DNA from: a virus
Lineage: Duplodnaviria; Caudoviricetes
Reading direction: 5' to 3' (one strand)
IMG/VR virus record: IMGVR_UViG_3300037067_026422
DNA: 64,000 nucleotides
A program made the position numbers and the translations under genes. The notes under the pieces were generated by a model, which saw nothing but the letters and a program-made list of their open reading frames with translations, ran no database searches and had not been told where the DNA came from. Below, one piece after another: positions 18,801-28,832 of the stretch (position 1 is the stretch's first letter; each line of letters begins with the position of its first letter).

Positions 18801-20024
18801 ATGCTTAAACTTCAATTTGGTAGAAACGTGCTCAGGAAGCTCGTTGATTTTGCTACCGGTACCCATAGCTGGAGTGCCCCTGATGTGTCCATGCTTTCCG
18901 ATCCCTCCAAAGAGGAATCGGATCTGGAAGCCAGCTATGAACCTCCTATCAATCCTGCTGATCTTGAACGAGTGATATCCCGATATGGTATCCTTGGAAA
19001 GTTTAAAGATTATCATATTGGTTCAGCGGTTACTACCTATGAGGTAAGTGTACCAGTTGGTACCAAGCTCAATAGCTTTATGCGATGTCGGGATGATATT
19101 GCAAGAGATCTTGGTACTCCTTCTCTTCGCATCATTCAGTCGGTGAACAACTCTTCATTAGTCGGATTCGAGGTGGAGAACAAAGATCGATACAATGTTT
19201 ATTTCAAAAATATGTTCCTTAATATCCCCACAGGGCTCAAGCTCCCAGTTATCCTTGGAGAAGATACCTACGGAAATAAAACCTATGTTGATCTTACTAC
19301 AATGCCTCATCTGCTTGTAGCTGGTCGTACTGGTTCAGGTAAATCTGTGTTCATCAATACACTAATCACAACACTGATCTGCAAGTATACCCCCGAACAG
19401 CTCCAGCTGATCATGGTGGATCCTAAGCAGGTAGAGTTTGCAGCATATGAAAATCTTCCTCATTTATTCAGTAAAGACGGCAACACTCTTAATATTGCTT
19501 CAGATGTGTCGGAAGCCCGAGAGTTAGTCTCTACTGCAGTAGAGGAAATGGAACGTAGGTTCGATCTTATGAAGGAAGTCAAGGCTAAGAAGCTTGATGA
19601 TTATAATGACAGGGTTGCTGAAAAATTGCCCTATATCGTTTTCATCATTGATGAGTTCGCGGACCTGATGCTTATGGGTTCTTCTGCAGAACGAAAAGAA
19701 GTAGAAAATAATATCGTTCGCATAGCTCAAAAAGCAAGAGCGGTAGGTATCCATCTTGTATTATCTACGCAGAAACCCATGGCACAAATCATGACAACAC
19801 TCATCAAAGCCAATATGCCAGCAAGGATTTCCTTTAGCGTATCAAGTCTGAGTGACTCAAGGGTGATACTTGATGAAGGCGGAGCAGAAGCATTAACCGG
19901 TAATGGAGATTTGCTGTTCAGAGACCCCCTCGCCAAAAGCGAGTACACCCGGATCAAACGAGTCCAGGCACCATGGATCTCGGATGAAGATATCGAAAGT
20001 CTTATAAACCAAGGGAGTAACTAA
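18801..20024 (+). CDS. ftsK: FtsK/SpoIIIE DNA translocase motor domain (no TM or gamma domain)
   Basis: MPHLLVAGRTGSGKS Walker A, VDPKQVE, IIDEFADLM Walker B, ARAVGIHLVLSTQKP, SRVILDEGGAEALTGNGDLL; AGGAGG RBS before ATG 18801. Confidence 0.92.
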   Translation: MLKLQFGRNVLRKLVDFATGTHSWSAPDVSMLSDPSKEESDLEASYEPPINPADLERVISRYGILGKFKDYHIGSAVTTYEVSVPVGTKLNSFMRCRDDIARDLGTPSLRIIQSVNNSSLVGFEVENKDRYNVYFKNMFLNIPTGLKLPVILGEDTYGNKTYVDLTTMPHLLVAGRTGSGKSVFINTLITTLICKYTPEQLQLIMVDPKQVEFAAYENLPHLFSKDGNTLNIASDVSEARELVSTAVEEMERRFDLMKEVKAKKLDDYNDRVAEKLPYIVFIIDEFADLMLMGSSAERKEVENNIVRIAQKARAVGIHLVLSTQKPMAQIMTTLIKANMPARISFSVSSLSDSRVILDEGGAEALTGNGDLLFRDPLAKSEYTRIKRVQAPWISDEDIESLINQGSN

Positions 20025-20632
20025 TGATCAACATCTTTGAGATGTCTATGCTCATGACAGAAGCATTAGACAGACTTATAACACATATGTCCAGTTATAG
20101 AATGTTCTATCCTACGATAATCCTATTCAACAGAGATAAGGCAATATTACCTGATGATGTCAAAGAAAGATATCCTCAGATATCCATTATGGAAGGGGAT
20201 ACCCCAGAAAATGCAGCAGCTCGGTCCAGCGATATCTACAGAACTGTACTAACTATTAAACTCTCGTCCTATGGGGAGGAGAAAAACTTTCCTAAGATAG
20301 TCCGGGAGATCGCACATAAATATGAGCCTGATGGTATAGGTATCGTAATTATGAGCTTGTATCGTGAGATACAAAAAGAGGAAAAACTTAAAACAGAACT
20401 AACTCTTGATCCGGAAGCTATCCAGGTTCTTCATACATCTTTCTCTGTCAAAGAGGACAGAGAGCACTCTTACTACATGACTACTCCGTATGTGATAAAA
20501 GATATTCTTCCTACACCAGTCTCAATTGGTTCTGAGGACTCAAGTTTCTCGGTACTTAAATCAGAAGGGTTTTGGAACAGAGCAGATAGCTCTTCCAAAA
20601 CTCTTATCATCCCCAATCCCTACAGATTATAA
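20024..20632 (+). CDS. Hypothetical protein
   Basis: TAATG coupling, 202 aa. Confidence 0.7.
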   Translation: MINIFEMSMLMTEALDRLITHMSSYRMFYPTIILFNRDKAILPDDVKERYPQISIMEGDTPENAAARSSDIYRTVLTIKLSSYGEEKNFPKIVREIAHKYEPDGIGIVIMSLYREIQKEEKLKTELTLDPEAIQVLHTSFSVKEDREHSYYMTTPYVIKDILPTPVSIGSEDSSFSVLKSEGFWNRADSSSKTLIIPNPYRL

Positions 20633-20644
20633 GGAGTTCTTTAT

Positions 20645-21649
20645 ATGGAATTCTCAAAAATATTTACACACGGCTGTCTTGTTGATCTTAACGTCAGCAT
20701 GTGGACTGCAAAAAAGAAACTGGATGCAGAAGATCTTGGCATCGAGGATACAGAAGTCAGCGCTGCTTTTTCTTTAGGCAACAAGATGCTTATACCCTAT
20801 GAAGTTATTCATGAGCTTAAGTCTTTAGAGAATGCGGCTCGACATATTTTGATTCAATTCAGTTTTCCCTGTGAGTTTGGGAATGCACGGTTTGTTCCCA
20901 AGAAAAGATTCGTGGAGTTCTCGGGAGTCATGGATGCAATCATTAAAAAGTTCAACTATAAAGCGGATGATCTCGCCAGAAACTATTTAACCTACCGCAT
21001 TGATATGCGTGAGGAATATTTATTGGCTGCGGGTGAAGCCTACGATCGCGCTAAAGCCCTTAACCCCGAGTTCGACCTACCAAGGGATACCTTCATCAAC
21101 ACGTTCCTGGAACGCATTGAAAAAGCGTATCCGGAAGAAGCTGATATCCGGGCAAAGTTCCGCATGGAATATATCGTGTTCCAGGTAGCTCTCCCGGATA
21201 TCTCCCAGGCAAGCTACGGGGATCTCATTGAGGATAGTGAAAAAATCAAACTCATGGAACAAGCTTATAGAACTTCCCTGAACAGGAAGGTTGAATCGTT
21301 CTTTGAAAAGATCACTGGAGATCTTCGGGGTAAAGCCTCTGCTACCCTTAAGCGATTTCTTGATAGACTTAATGGTAATTTTGATATCCGTAGCTCCTCC
21401 ATCGAATCAGTAATAAATATGATCGATGAATATGAGAAGATGAACTTCATAGGTGATAATACTTTCCTCAAGCACCTACAGATGTTCCGGATTAAATGTC
21501 TTAATTATAACTCGAAGATGTTGTCCTCCGACAAAGTAGTCAGGGAAACAGTGAAGCGAGAACTCAAAGCAATAATAGAGATCGCTACTGATCAAGCTTC
21601 TATCAATGAACTTGTATTAAGATACAAGCAGGGTATCGATATACTGTAA
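20645..21649 (+). CDS. DUF3150-like protein
   Basis: LVDLNVSMWTAKKKL...LGNKMLIP...GNARFVP...YP...IRAKF, pattern recognised from memory. Confidence 0.6.
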   Translation: MEFSKIFTHGCLVDLNVSMWTAKKKLDAEDLGIEDTEVSAAFSLGNKMLIPYEVIHELKSLENAARHILIQFSFPCEFGNARFVPKKRFVEFSGVMDAIIKKFNYKADDLARNYLTYRIDMREEYLLAAGEAYDRAKALNPEFDLPRDTFINTFLERIEKAYPEEADIRAKFRMEYIVFQVALPDISQASYGDLIEDSEKIKLMEQAYRTSLNRKVESFFEKITGDLRGKASATLKRFLDRLNGNFDIRSSSIESVINMIDEYEKMNFIGDNTFLKHLQMFRIKCLNYNSKMLSSDKVVRETVKRELKAIIEIATDQASINELVLRYKQGIDIL

Positions 21650-21670
21650 GTAAAAAAAAGGAGATGTCTT

Positions 21671-22582
21671 ATGTGGTCTTTTATCTACTTCGCAATAGCC
21701 ACGATCATTGTTTACCTGATCTTCAGAGCTATCAATAATCTGGTAGCAAAAAGGACAGCCCTCAAAGATACCAACATTGATACTGACCTCAGGGAGTTCA
21801 GGGAAAGCAAAGCTGTTGTCAATATCATCTCCAAAAGTCATTTAGGGTCCCATGACAGCCCTGTACGCATGTACGAACGTATGTGTATATTGGATCCCGT
21901 CCAGTATAATAAGGATCCCCGGATCCCGGGCATCATTGCATCTTATCAGGATATCATCTCCGGCAGAATAATAGATACAGATGGAAGTCACGTTCCATCT
22001 GAAGAACTGCTTAATGAGCACAACCCAGATTATGATGCATATATCGCCAATCAATATCGAGCACACAAGAATAACAAGGGTGTCTCTGTAGAGGCTTTTC
22101 AAACTGAGCATAAACGTATAGCTCGTGTAGCTAAAGAAGAAAATCTCAAAACGGAGTTCCTGGCTACTCTGATTGAAAAAGGTATCCCCGGCATCATTGC
22201 TGCATCAGCTCTTACTGAAGGAAAGCTTAATAGCTATACTGCAGAAGACTGGAATAAACTCTGTAAAGTTTTCTTTAGCTACCTTCAGGGGTATGATCAG
22301 GATATCGTGACATCCTTTGTTGAACTGTTTGATGAGAAAGAAATCATCTTCAATCAGCGCAAGTTTGAAATCTTTGAAGTGTTCTCCAGACACCAGGTCC
22401 CACAGGAAGTATCAGTGGAAATCGTACGGGATAATATCACCGTAAGCCAGGCTTTGCGGATGCTTTCTCTGGTTAATTCTTCTGGATATGAGTGGGATGA
22501 AGCCCTGTCAGAAGTTATAACTGAAGATATAGATAATGAAAAAGCTAATGAACTTCGTAAAAAGTACGGTTGGAAAAACTAA
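21671..22582 (+). CDS. Membrane-anchored hypothetical protein
   Basis: N-terminal TM, GGAG RBS. Confidence 0.7.
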   Translation: MWSFIYFAIATIIVYLIFRAINNLVAKRTALKDTNIDTDLREFRESKAVVNIISKSHLGSHDSPVRMYERMCILDPVQYNKDPRIPGIIASYQDIISGRIIDTDGSHVPSEELLNEHNPDYDAYIANQYRAHKNNKGVSVEAFQTEHKRIARVAKEENLKTEFLATLIEKGIPGIIAASALTEGKLNSYTAEDWNKLCKVFFSYLQGYDQDIVTSFVELFDEKEIIFNQRKFEIFEVFSRHQVPQEVSVEIVRDNITVSQALRMLSLVNSSGYEWDEALSEVITEDIDNEKANELRKKYGWKN

Positions 22583-22597
22583 TCAAGGAGTGAAAAA

Positions 22598-22888
22598 ATG
22601 GAACTCCTGGGAGGAATCTTTCTCATCGTTCTCTTTATCTTTGCCTGTAAAAAACTGAGAGGCTTTCTGTCAGCTTACGGCGAGGAGAAGGCACGAGAGA
22701 AGGAGCAGACTCAAAGACAGGTACAAGAAGTTCTGGATCTTCTTAGAAAAGATCCAGAGCAGGAAGAACCAATAGATCATAGAGAAAATCTTATCCGGGC
22801 TAACCGGGAACTAATTCAAAAGTGGAATACTGCTGCAGCTATCGAGAAGGAATTAGGGATTAATCTGTATGAGGACCCCAGTAAATAA
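22598..22888 (+). CDS. Membrane-anchored coiled-coil hypothetical protein
   Basis: N-terminal TM, AAGGAG RBS. Confidence 0.65.
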   Translation: MELLGGIFLIVLFIFACKKLRGFLSAYGEEKAREKEQTQRQVQEVLDLLRKDPEQEEPIDHRENLIRANRELIQKWNTAAAIEKELGINLYEDPSK

Positions 22889-22897
22889 AAATGATAG

Positions 22898-23707
22898 ATG
22901 GAGGCTTTTATGGCTATTCGTATAGTAGGTGATTTCTGGACTCTCGTAAAAAGTAATGATAGTCTTATCAAACGATGTTTCACCCATCTGTTCAGTATGT
23001 TCCCGGACACCAATGGTTACACATATAGTTTCAATAATGTTCTGGTACGGTTATATGAAATGCAGATATTTGAAAAGTTCACTCACGAGAAGCTCATCAT
23101 TGGCAAGCTCTCCGGGATGTACCGGAAAGCTGGACATAAAAAGGATGAAGCTCTTATGCTCGCCAAAGAAGAAATGGATCGGGAACATTATACAATTGAT
23201 AACGTCCGGGGTAAGGCTATTGATGTAGATAAAAAATGGGAGCAGTATATCTATACCTGGATACAAAAGATCATTAATGACGAGTATTGCAAAAATGGTA
23301 ACTACATGCGGAAATATCGTCACAATGAATCTATGATCGACTATGGTACACCAGCAGAAGAAAAAAGCTACTGGATAGAAAGTGAAGAAGAGATCATATC
23401 CTTCAAAGAAAACAATGCCAACTTCAAGGATGACCGTCGGGGCAAACTATTCCCCCCTTCTTTCAGTAATCGGGTCAGACCAAGTGAAGAAGAATTTGAT
23501 GCAGCTCTCGATACCCTTGAAGCACGAGATCTGCAGGAGAGTATCTGCAGTCGTCTTGAAGATAAGGAACAGAGAATATTCAAGCTTCTTACTGAAGAGG
23601 GTATGTCAGCAGAAGAAATCTCTGTAGCCATTGGATGCACTCCCCAGAATATTAACCGGATCATAAAGAAGATTCGTGGCGTCGCAGATCGTGTCTGCAA
23701 GGTATAA
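22898..23707 (+). CDS. Sigma-70 region 4-like HTH protein (putative phage sigma factor)
   Basis: RLEDKEQRIFKLLTEEGMSAEEISVAIGCTPQNINRIIKKIR; region-2-like WEQYIYTWIQKIINDE. Confidence 0.65.
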   Translation: MEAFMAIRIVGDFWTLVKSNDSLIKRCFTHLFSMFPDTNGYTYSFNNVLVRLYEMQIFEKFTHEKLIIGKLSGMYRKAGHKKDEALMLAKEEMDREHYTIDNVRGKAIDVDKKWEQYIYTWIQKIINDEYCKNGNYMRKYRHNESMIDYGTPAEEKSYWIESEEEIISFKENNANFKDDRRGKLFPPSFSNRVRPSEEEFDAALDTLEARDLQESICSRLEDKEQRIFKLLTEEGMSAEEISVAIGCTPQNINRIIKKIRGVADRVCKV

Positions 23708-23802
23708 ATAAGAGCAAAGCCTACTACGCTCTTAAAAATGATTCAAGCAAGGATATCATGTTCTTATTTGGGATGCTTTAACTTTTACATAGGAGAGTTC
23801 TA

Positions 23803-24030
23803 ATGAAAACTGGAGATGATGTTGTATTAAAAAAAGGTTACAACGTATCAATTAATTTTGGTGATATAGAATTTTGCATAGCTGAGGGTACCAATGGAGT
23901 AGTCCTGGAAGTTGAAAGTGTTACTCTGGGGGATAGTATACACCCGGCACAATCTTGTGTAGGATTTAAAATAACTGATACTATAGTGGTAAAGGCATTA
24001 ATTGATATAAATGCCCTGGAGGTAATATAA
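23803..24030 (+). CDS. Small SH3-like hypothetical protein
   Basis: KTGDDVVL...EGTNGVV; AGGAG RBS. Confidence 0.55.
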   Translation: MKTGDDVVLKKGYNVSINFGDIEFCIAEGTNGVVLEVESVTLGDSIHPAQSCVGFKITDTIVVKALIDINALEVI

Positions 24031-24137
24031 AAGTCTTGCTTATTTGGCTATCATAGAAATAGCATTATGGCTATGAACTTATTTTAATAGTTATATTATA
24101 TTACATTACCTCACCACCACACACAAGGAGTCTTATT

Positions 24138-24536
24138 ATGAATGTCCTTATCATCGATGATTGTAGCATTCTTAATGATTGCTGCTATGAGTTTCTTTGC
24201 CTTGCCAATCACACAGTCTATCAAGCCACTACCAAAAATTACAGGGAAGTTCTTGAACTACACCCGGATATAGAGGTAGTAACTATAAATATGGACCCCT
24301 GTGCCCCTGAAGAAACCAAAGCAATTCAGGAATATATTTCGGGGTTATTACCCCATGCACATTTCATTATCATCACCATAAATTATATGTGTAGCATTTT
24401 ATATGAGCTTATACAAAAAGGGTGTCAACCTCTTATACTTCCCTTTAATGATACCACTTTGATAGAATTAGTTGAACTTTCCACCAAAGGTACTGCCTCA
24501 GTAAAACAGACTAGTTATACCTTGGCAATACCATAA
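24138..24536 (+). CDS. Atypical stand-alone receiver (CheY-like) domain
   Basis: MNVLIIDD, FIIIT; phospho-Asp position is N (VVTIN) and KP is replaced by LP. Confidence 0.6.
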   Translation: MNVLIIDDCSILNDCCYEFLCLANHTVYQATTKNYREVLELHPDIEVVTINMDPCAPEETKAIQEYISGLLPHAHFIIITINYMCSILYELIQKGCQPLILPFNDTTLIELVELSTKGTASVKQTSYTLAIP

Positions 24537-24544
24537 GTTTATCA

Positions 24545-24576
24545 AAAAGAGAGAAGAAGTATATCTTCTCTCTTTT
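24545..24576. terminator. Rho-independent terminator
   Basis: AAAAGAGAGAAGA-AGTATA-TCTTCTCTCTTTT. Confidence 0.75.
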
Positions 24577-24765
24577 ATTTTGTTATCTTAATTTATTTTA
24601 GTATATTATGCTGATATAAAATGGATATCTCTTTTGGGATATTTTTGAAAATTTCAATAGATGAGTTTGAGAAGCAACAACAAAAGCATAGTTTTATAAT
24701 TACACATTATATGCTTAACAAAAAATTCAGTACTAAATAACAAAAATAGGGAATCGAGAACCATA

Positions 24766-25413
24766 ATGGATGAGATAACAAAAGAAATACTTGAAGCTCT
24801 CATAGCACAGGGATTTAATATAGCCTCCGAAAAACTTGCGGAGCAACCAGACAGAGACTCTAACTCGCCTCTTATTGGACCTATAGTTTTTGGTTTTGGG
24901 GATATCAGAAATTATGTCATGCCGCTATCCTGGGGAGATGATGAAGAAAAAGTAGCAGTAATCAGAGAAGCAGGGAAGACATGCTTTAAGAATAATTGTA
25001 AAAAAGCAGTAATGATTACAGAGTCAGCTATGAAACAGAGCTCACACCTACCAGAGGATCCCTCAGAAATGCCTTTGAGTTATCCCCCAAGTATGAGAGT
25101 TGACTGTTTGATATTATTCTATTTTGATTTCATATCCCCCATAAACAATACTCTCCGAATGTTCCCATTTAAGATCCTGAATAATAAACTCGTCCGGGAC
25201 CCTGAAACGGATTTGTCAAGCTTCGAGATGCAAAGCCCTCTCACAGGATATTTTCTTATGGGATTCACGGCTGCAGCTATGGTGGAGGAAATGTGTATTG
25301 GTGAGTTTATTACTCTTAATGAAGAAATAAATAAGGAATTGCTTAGTAGAGTTCTGATAAAATATCCGGGTGCTCTGGGTAATACATTAGATCCTCAGGA
25401 AGAAGTATCATGA
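24766..25413 (+). CDS. Hypothetical protein
   Basis: 215 aa ORF. Confidence 0.7.
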   Translation: MDEITKEILEALIAQGFNIASEKLAEQPDRDSNSPLIGPIVFGFGDIRNYVMPLSWGDDEEKVAVIREAGKTCFKNNCKKAVMITESAMKQSSHLPEDPSEMPLSYPPSMRVDCLILFYFDFISPINNTLRMFPFKILNNKLVRDPETDLSSFEMQSPLTGYFLMGFTAAAMVEEMCIGEFITLNEEINKELLSRVLIKYPGALGNTLDPQEEVS

Positions 25414-25753
25414 ACATAATCCGGTCAACCAAACAAGTCCTTGAAAAGTTCACTTGTATTGGGTGCGACTCTGAACTTGAGGTGGGGACTGTGTAAACGG
25501 GCACCCATATGAAGCTTGGTTCAACTGCCCTGTGTGTAATAGAAAGAACTCCGTGGATGGGTTAAAGATGCCCCCGAAATGGAGAACCATTATTTATAGA
25601 GAGAAGACAGTACAAATGAATCTTGATTCACTTGTATCAAACGTTGCAAATGGTAACATAAATACCCCTTCTGCGGTAGTATTGGTCGTACTTATCATAG
25701 CTATCGCGGCAGTGCTCATTACAATAATTAATAATATTAAGGATATTATTTAA
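25410..25753 (+). pseudogene. Frameshifted zinc-ribbon gene
   Basis: KFTCIGC...LEVG stops at TAA; the -1 frame continues GDCVNGHPYEAWFNCPVC. Confidence 0.4.
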
Positions 25754-25790
25754 AGAGCTTAAAGTAAAAATTAACAGAAAGAAAAAGATT

Positions 25791-26168
25791 ATGCTTGGAT
25801 CTAATTTCGGTGAAAGTTTCAGAGAATATTTAAAGCACATGTTGGGTGGACAGAGTAATGATAGCTATGAACCTATAGCACCACTGTCTAAAGATGAACA
25901 GGTAGAATGGGAAAGCTTTAACGAAGCAGCCTTAAAACTTCGAGCTATGACACTGGATCTTGAAGCCAGGAAAAGATTGTTCTGGAGCTCGATGGAGCAT
26001 AAAACAGGTATCTACGATCGAAACCTCAAAATTGATAATGGTATGATTCTTGTTGAGAAAAAAGAAACTAACAAATGCCCATCCAAAAACAAGAATAATT
26101 CCATTCCAGGATTTTGTGATGGAAACTGCTCAGATTGTAGTATGGAACATGGGGAACAAGACGTTTGA
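25791..26168 (+). CDS. Hypothetical protein with Cys-rich tail
   Basis: FCDGNCSDC. Confidence 0.65.
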   Translation: MLGSNFGESFREYLKHMLGGQSNDSYEPIAPLSKDEQVEWESFNEAALKLRAMTLDLEARKRLFWSSMEHKTGIYDRNLKIDNGMILVEKKETNKCPSKNKNNSIPGFCDGNCSDCSMEHGEQDV

Positions 26169-26277
26169 TGCTGCTTGAATCCCTGAATATATCCAGTGTG
26201 GAAAAACCAGGTAAAAGTCCGTGAGATACTATTCAGTTTTACCTTAAATAAATCGAACAGCATAAGTTATATATTTG

Positions 26278-26306
26278 TTGTTTTACTCATTATAAAAAAG
26301 TATATT
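26278..26306 (+). promoter_or_regulatory. sigma70-like promoter TTGTTT-17-TATATT
   Basis: Exact spacing, AAAAAAG tract. Confidence 0.78.
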
Positions 26307-26337
26307 AATAGGTACAGTTATACTTAAAAAAGGAGTA

Positions 26338-26679
26338 ATGATGAGCGTTGATACAGCACATAAAAAACTTTGCTCACTTTTAAATAACAAGCCTATGAAT
26401 TTCAGAGGGCATTCTATTGATAAGAATTATGTGGTAACTCTTTTATCAATGATGCTCAGTAGGGGATTTGATTCTGAACAGGTTAAAATAAATGAAGAGC
26501 TACTTACTGAGGAGATCCTCAATAAGGTATTAGAAGGACGCTTTTTTTGGGTAACCTGTGAACATTGCGGTGAGCTTGTTAATTTTAACTTTGTTGGTGG
26601 AGACCTTATTATCATAAATAAGTGTAAATTCCCGGGAGGATTTCCTGAGAATATCCAAACGACTAAAATAGGAGTTTAG
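26338..26679 (+). CDS. Hypothetical protein
   Basis: AGGAG RBS; CEHC. Confidence 0.65.
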   Translation: MMSVDTAHKKLCSLLNNKPMNFRGHSIDKNYVVTLLSMMLSRGFDSEQVKINEELLTEEILNKVLEGRFFWVTCEHCGELVNFNFVGGDLIIINKCKFPGGFPENIQTTKIGV

Positions 26680-27642
26680 ATGAACGCCCAGGATATTAAT
26701 AAAAAAAGAGAGACATCGTCAATATTGATGTCGTTGGCTCAATCTACCGGGACTTGGCTTAATGGTAGTCTTCAGCCTCAGCATTATTATGTTCTCATGC
26801 AGATTAAAGATCCGGATGGGAAAATAGTGACTCAGGTCGCTCTCACCTATGAGCAGATGGCTCGTACTCTCTTATACAGCGGCCCTGTTGACTGTACTCT
26901 GCAGAGATATAGGAATGAGACCGGTAAACTCGTAGAGGAAGTTGTGCCACTTCCAAAAACTGTTAAAGAAAGAATGCACGATCGCCTTGAGGATGTTAAT
27001 AGTTCTTTGACTAAACGGTTAGAGGATGTCAAAAAAGATCTATATTTAATGGTCAATGGGCATACTAAACCGGGCAAAACCAACCTCGAAGAACTTATGA
27101 AAGAGATTGATACTATCCAGGCCCATTTTAAATCAAATCAGACATATGTAGCCCAGGAGACCGAAAAAGAACTGGCTGAAATGCAAAGTAATATGACAGG
27201 ACAGCTTGGATTGCTTCTTCAGACCCAAGCCGGACTGCAACTCCCGGGGCAAACCCTGACAAAGCTTCTGCCAGTCTCTGATGGCCCTCTACTTCTTGGG
27301 GAGCCTATAGAGCCAGTTATAGAGTCCTATGAGCTTAAAAACCGTCAGGAGATCCCTATAGATGATATGACTGCTATGGAAGTAGTAGATAAATTGCAGA
27401 AAAGATTGTCTGCGATCGAGAAAAAGATACCGCATACCAGTGCAGAGGAAACTATTCTGTATTTTGCCAGTGCTTCTCTTACCTCAAAAGGTAAGATTAG
27501 TATCCTGTACATCAGCTATCAATCCCCCTCGGTGATTGAGCTTGATCTGGCTAAGAAGTATCTGAAGTTCCTCCAGTCGATCAAGACTGCATCGGAGTTT
27601 AAGCAGCATAGTCATTTTGATGTGAAGAAAAATAATTCATAG
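26680..27642 (+). CDS. Hypothetical coiled-coil phage protein
   Basis: 320 aa, AGGAG RBS. Confidence 0.72.
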   Translation: MNAQDINKKRETSSILMSLAQSTGTWLNGSLQPQHYYVLMQIKDPDGKIVTQVALTYEQMARTLLYSGPVDCTLQRYRNETGKLVEEVVPLPKTVKERMHDRLEDVNSSLTKRLEDVKKDLYLMVNGHTKPGKTNLEELMKEIDTIQAHFKSNQTYVAQETEKELAEMQSNMTGQLGLLLQTQAGLQLPGQTLTKLLPVSDGPLLLGEPIEPVIESYELKNRQEIPIDDMTAMEVVDKLQKRLSAIEKKIPHTSAEETILYFASASLTSKGKISILYISYQSPSVIELDLAKKYLKFLQSIKTASEFKQHSHFDVKKNNS

Positions 27643-27706
27643 AGGTAATCTATCATGGATAAAGTATCAATATCTAAAAACGTTGACCTATATGAGGAGA
27701 CAATAA

Positions 27707-28027
27707 ATGAAACTGTTGAAGTGTAAAAGAAATCTTATTATTATAGCAATGATGATAGTAGCTTCTTGTACTAACATGACAAAGCCTACAGATCCTTGTG
27801 CGCCCTTTAAATACATGGGTATTAAAGTTTCAGTACCTTACCCAACAGCTAATGATGGTCACCCCGTATACAATGTCCTGATAGACTCTTGTGAATATAT
27901 CTTTGTCTATTATTCAAATGCTTCATGGGGAGCCCATAAAGGTAACTGTAAATATTGCTCCGCCAGAAGACTTAAAGAAACTGATTCCATGTTGACTATA
28001 AAATTAGAAGGGCTAAGCACTGATTAA
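27707..28027 (+). CDS. Lipoprotein-like IDSCEY/HKGNCxxC protein, paralog of 9998..10324
   Basis: IVASC lipobox; IDSCEY...AHKGNCKYC. Confidence 0.7.
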   Translation: MKLLKCKRNLIIIAMMIVASCTNMTKPTDPCAPFKYMGIKVSVPYPTANDGHPVYNVLIDSCEYIFVYYSNASWGAHKGNCKYCSARRLKETDSMLTIKLEGLSTD

Positions 28028-28100
28028 GGGAAATGCTTATCAAAGAAATCCCTCATAGACCATCGGGATATCTGGCTTTATAGAAAGCAGGTAATGCTTC

Positions 28101-28832
28101 ATGAGACTCTCCCGACTTAAAAAGATTAAGGTATCCAAAAAGATCTGGGATACACTTCCGGCTTTAATAAAACGAGGTAAGGTTGAATGGCAGTCTGATA
28201 CTCCTACCCGATTTTTGTGCAGCCCCGGATGTCGTAATTGTTGCGGTGGAACATTCTATACCCTGAGTGAGTTCAAGACTCTTCCTATGACTATCAAAGC
28301 GAAGCTTGTCCGTAGTGATGAAGTCTCTACTGTATTTCATATCGAAAAGATAAATGGGAAATGTGCCTTCTATATTCCCAATGAGGATCATACTGGTCTT
28401 ACACATGGCTGTTCGATTCATGGGCATGAACCTATGCGCTGTCGGATATTCCCGTATCTACCCATCCTCAGCCAAGACAGAATATTCATTACCTCTGAAA
28501 CATTCTGTAACGTCTATGACCTCGTAGGGGTAGAGAAATACCCCCATGACATCTGTTTTGGGTTGGGGAACGGGAAAAGAGGTCTTAAGACTATAGTGAT
28601 CAAGATGTGTCGGGAGTACCTGATGTCTTTGTATCAGGAGTATCCGGACCTTCTTAAAGAGATAATGTTTGAGGAACCTGTTAAACTCCTCCATAGAAAG
28701 TATATTAATATGCAGATCAACCGGAAGTATAAAACATATGAAGATGCTATCCCAGCACTACAGCATGCGGATAGCTTGAAATTTGGACGTCAGGTGCTTA
28801 ATCGCCTGGCAAAAATGCTTCAAATACAATAA
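28101..28832 (+). CDS. YkgJ-family cysteine-cluster (CxxCxxCC) protein
   Basis: CSPGCRNCCG, KCAFY, CSIHGHEPMRCRIFPY. Confidence 0.8.
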   Translation: MRLSRLKKIKVSKKIWDTLPALIKRGKVEWQSDTPTRFLCSPGCRNCCGGTFYTLSEFKTLPMTIKAKLVRSDEVSTVFHIEKINGKCAFYIPNEDHTGLTHGCSIHGHEPMRCRIFPYLPILSQDRIFITSETFCNVYDLVGVEKYPHDICFGLGNGKRGLKTIVIKMCREYLMSLYQEYPDLLKEIMFEEPVKLLHRKYINMQINRKYKTYEDAIPALQHADSLKFGRQVLNRLAKMLQIQ

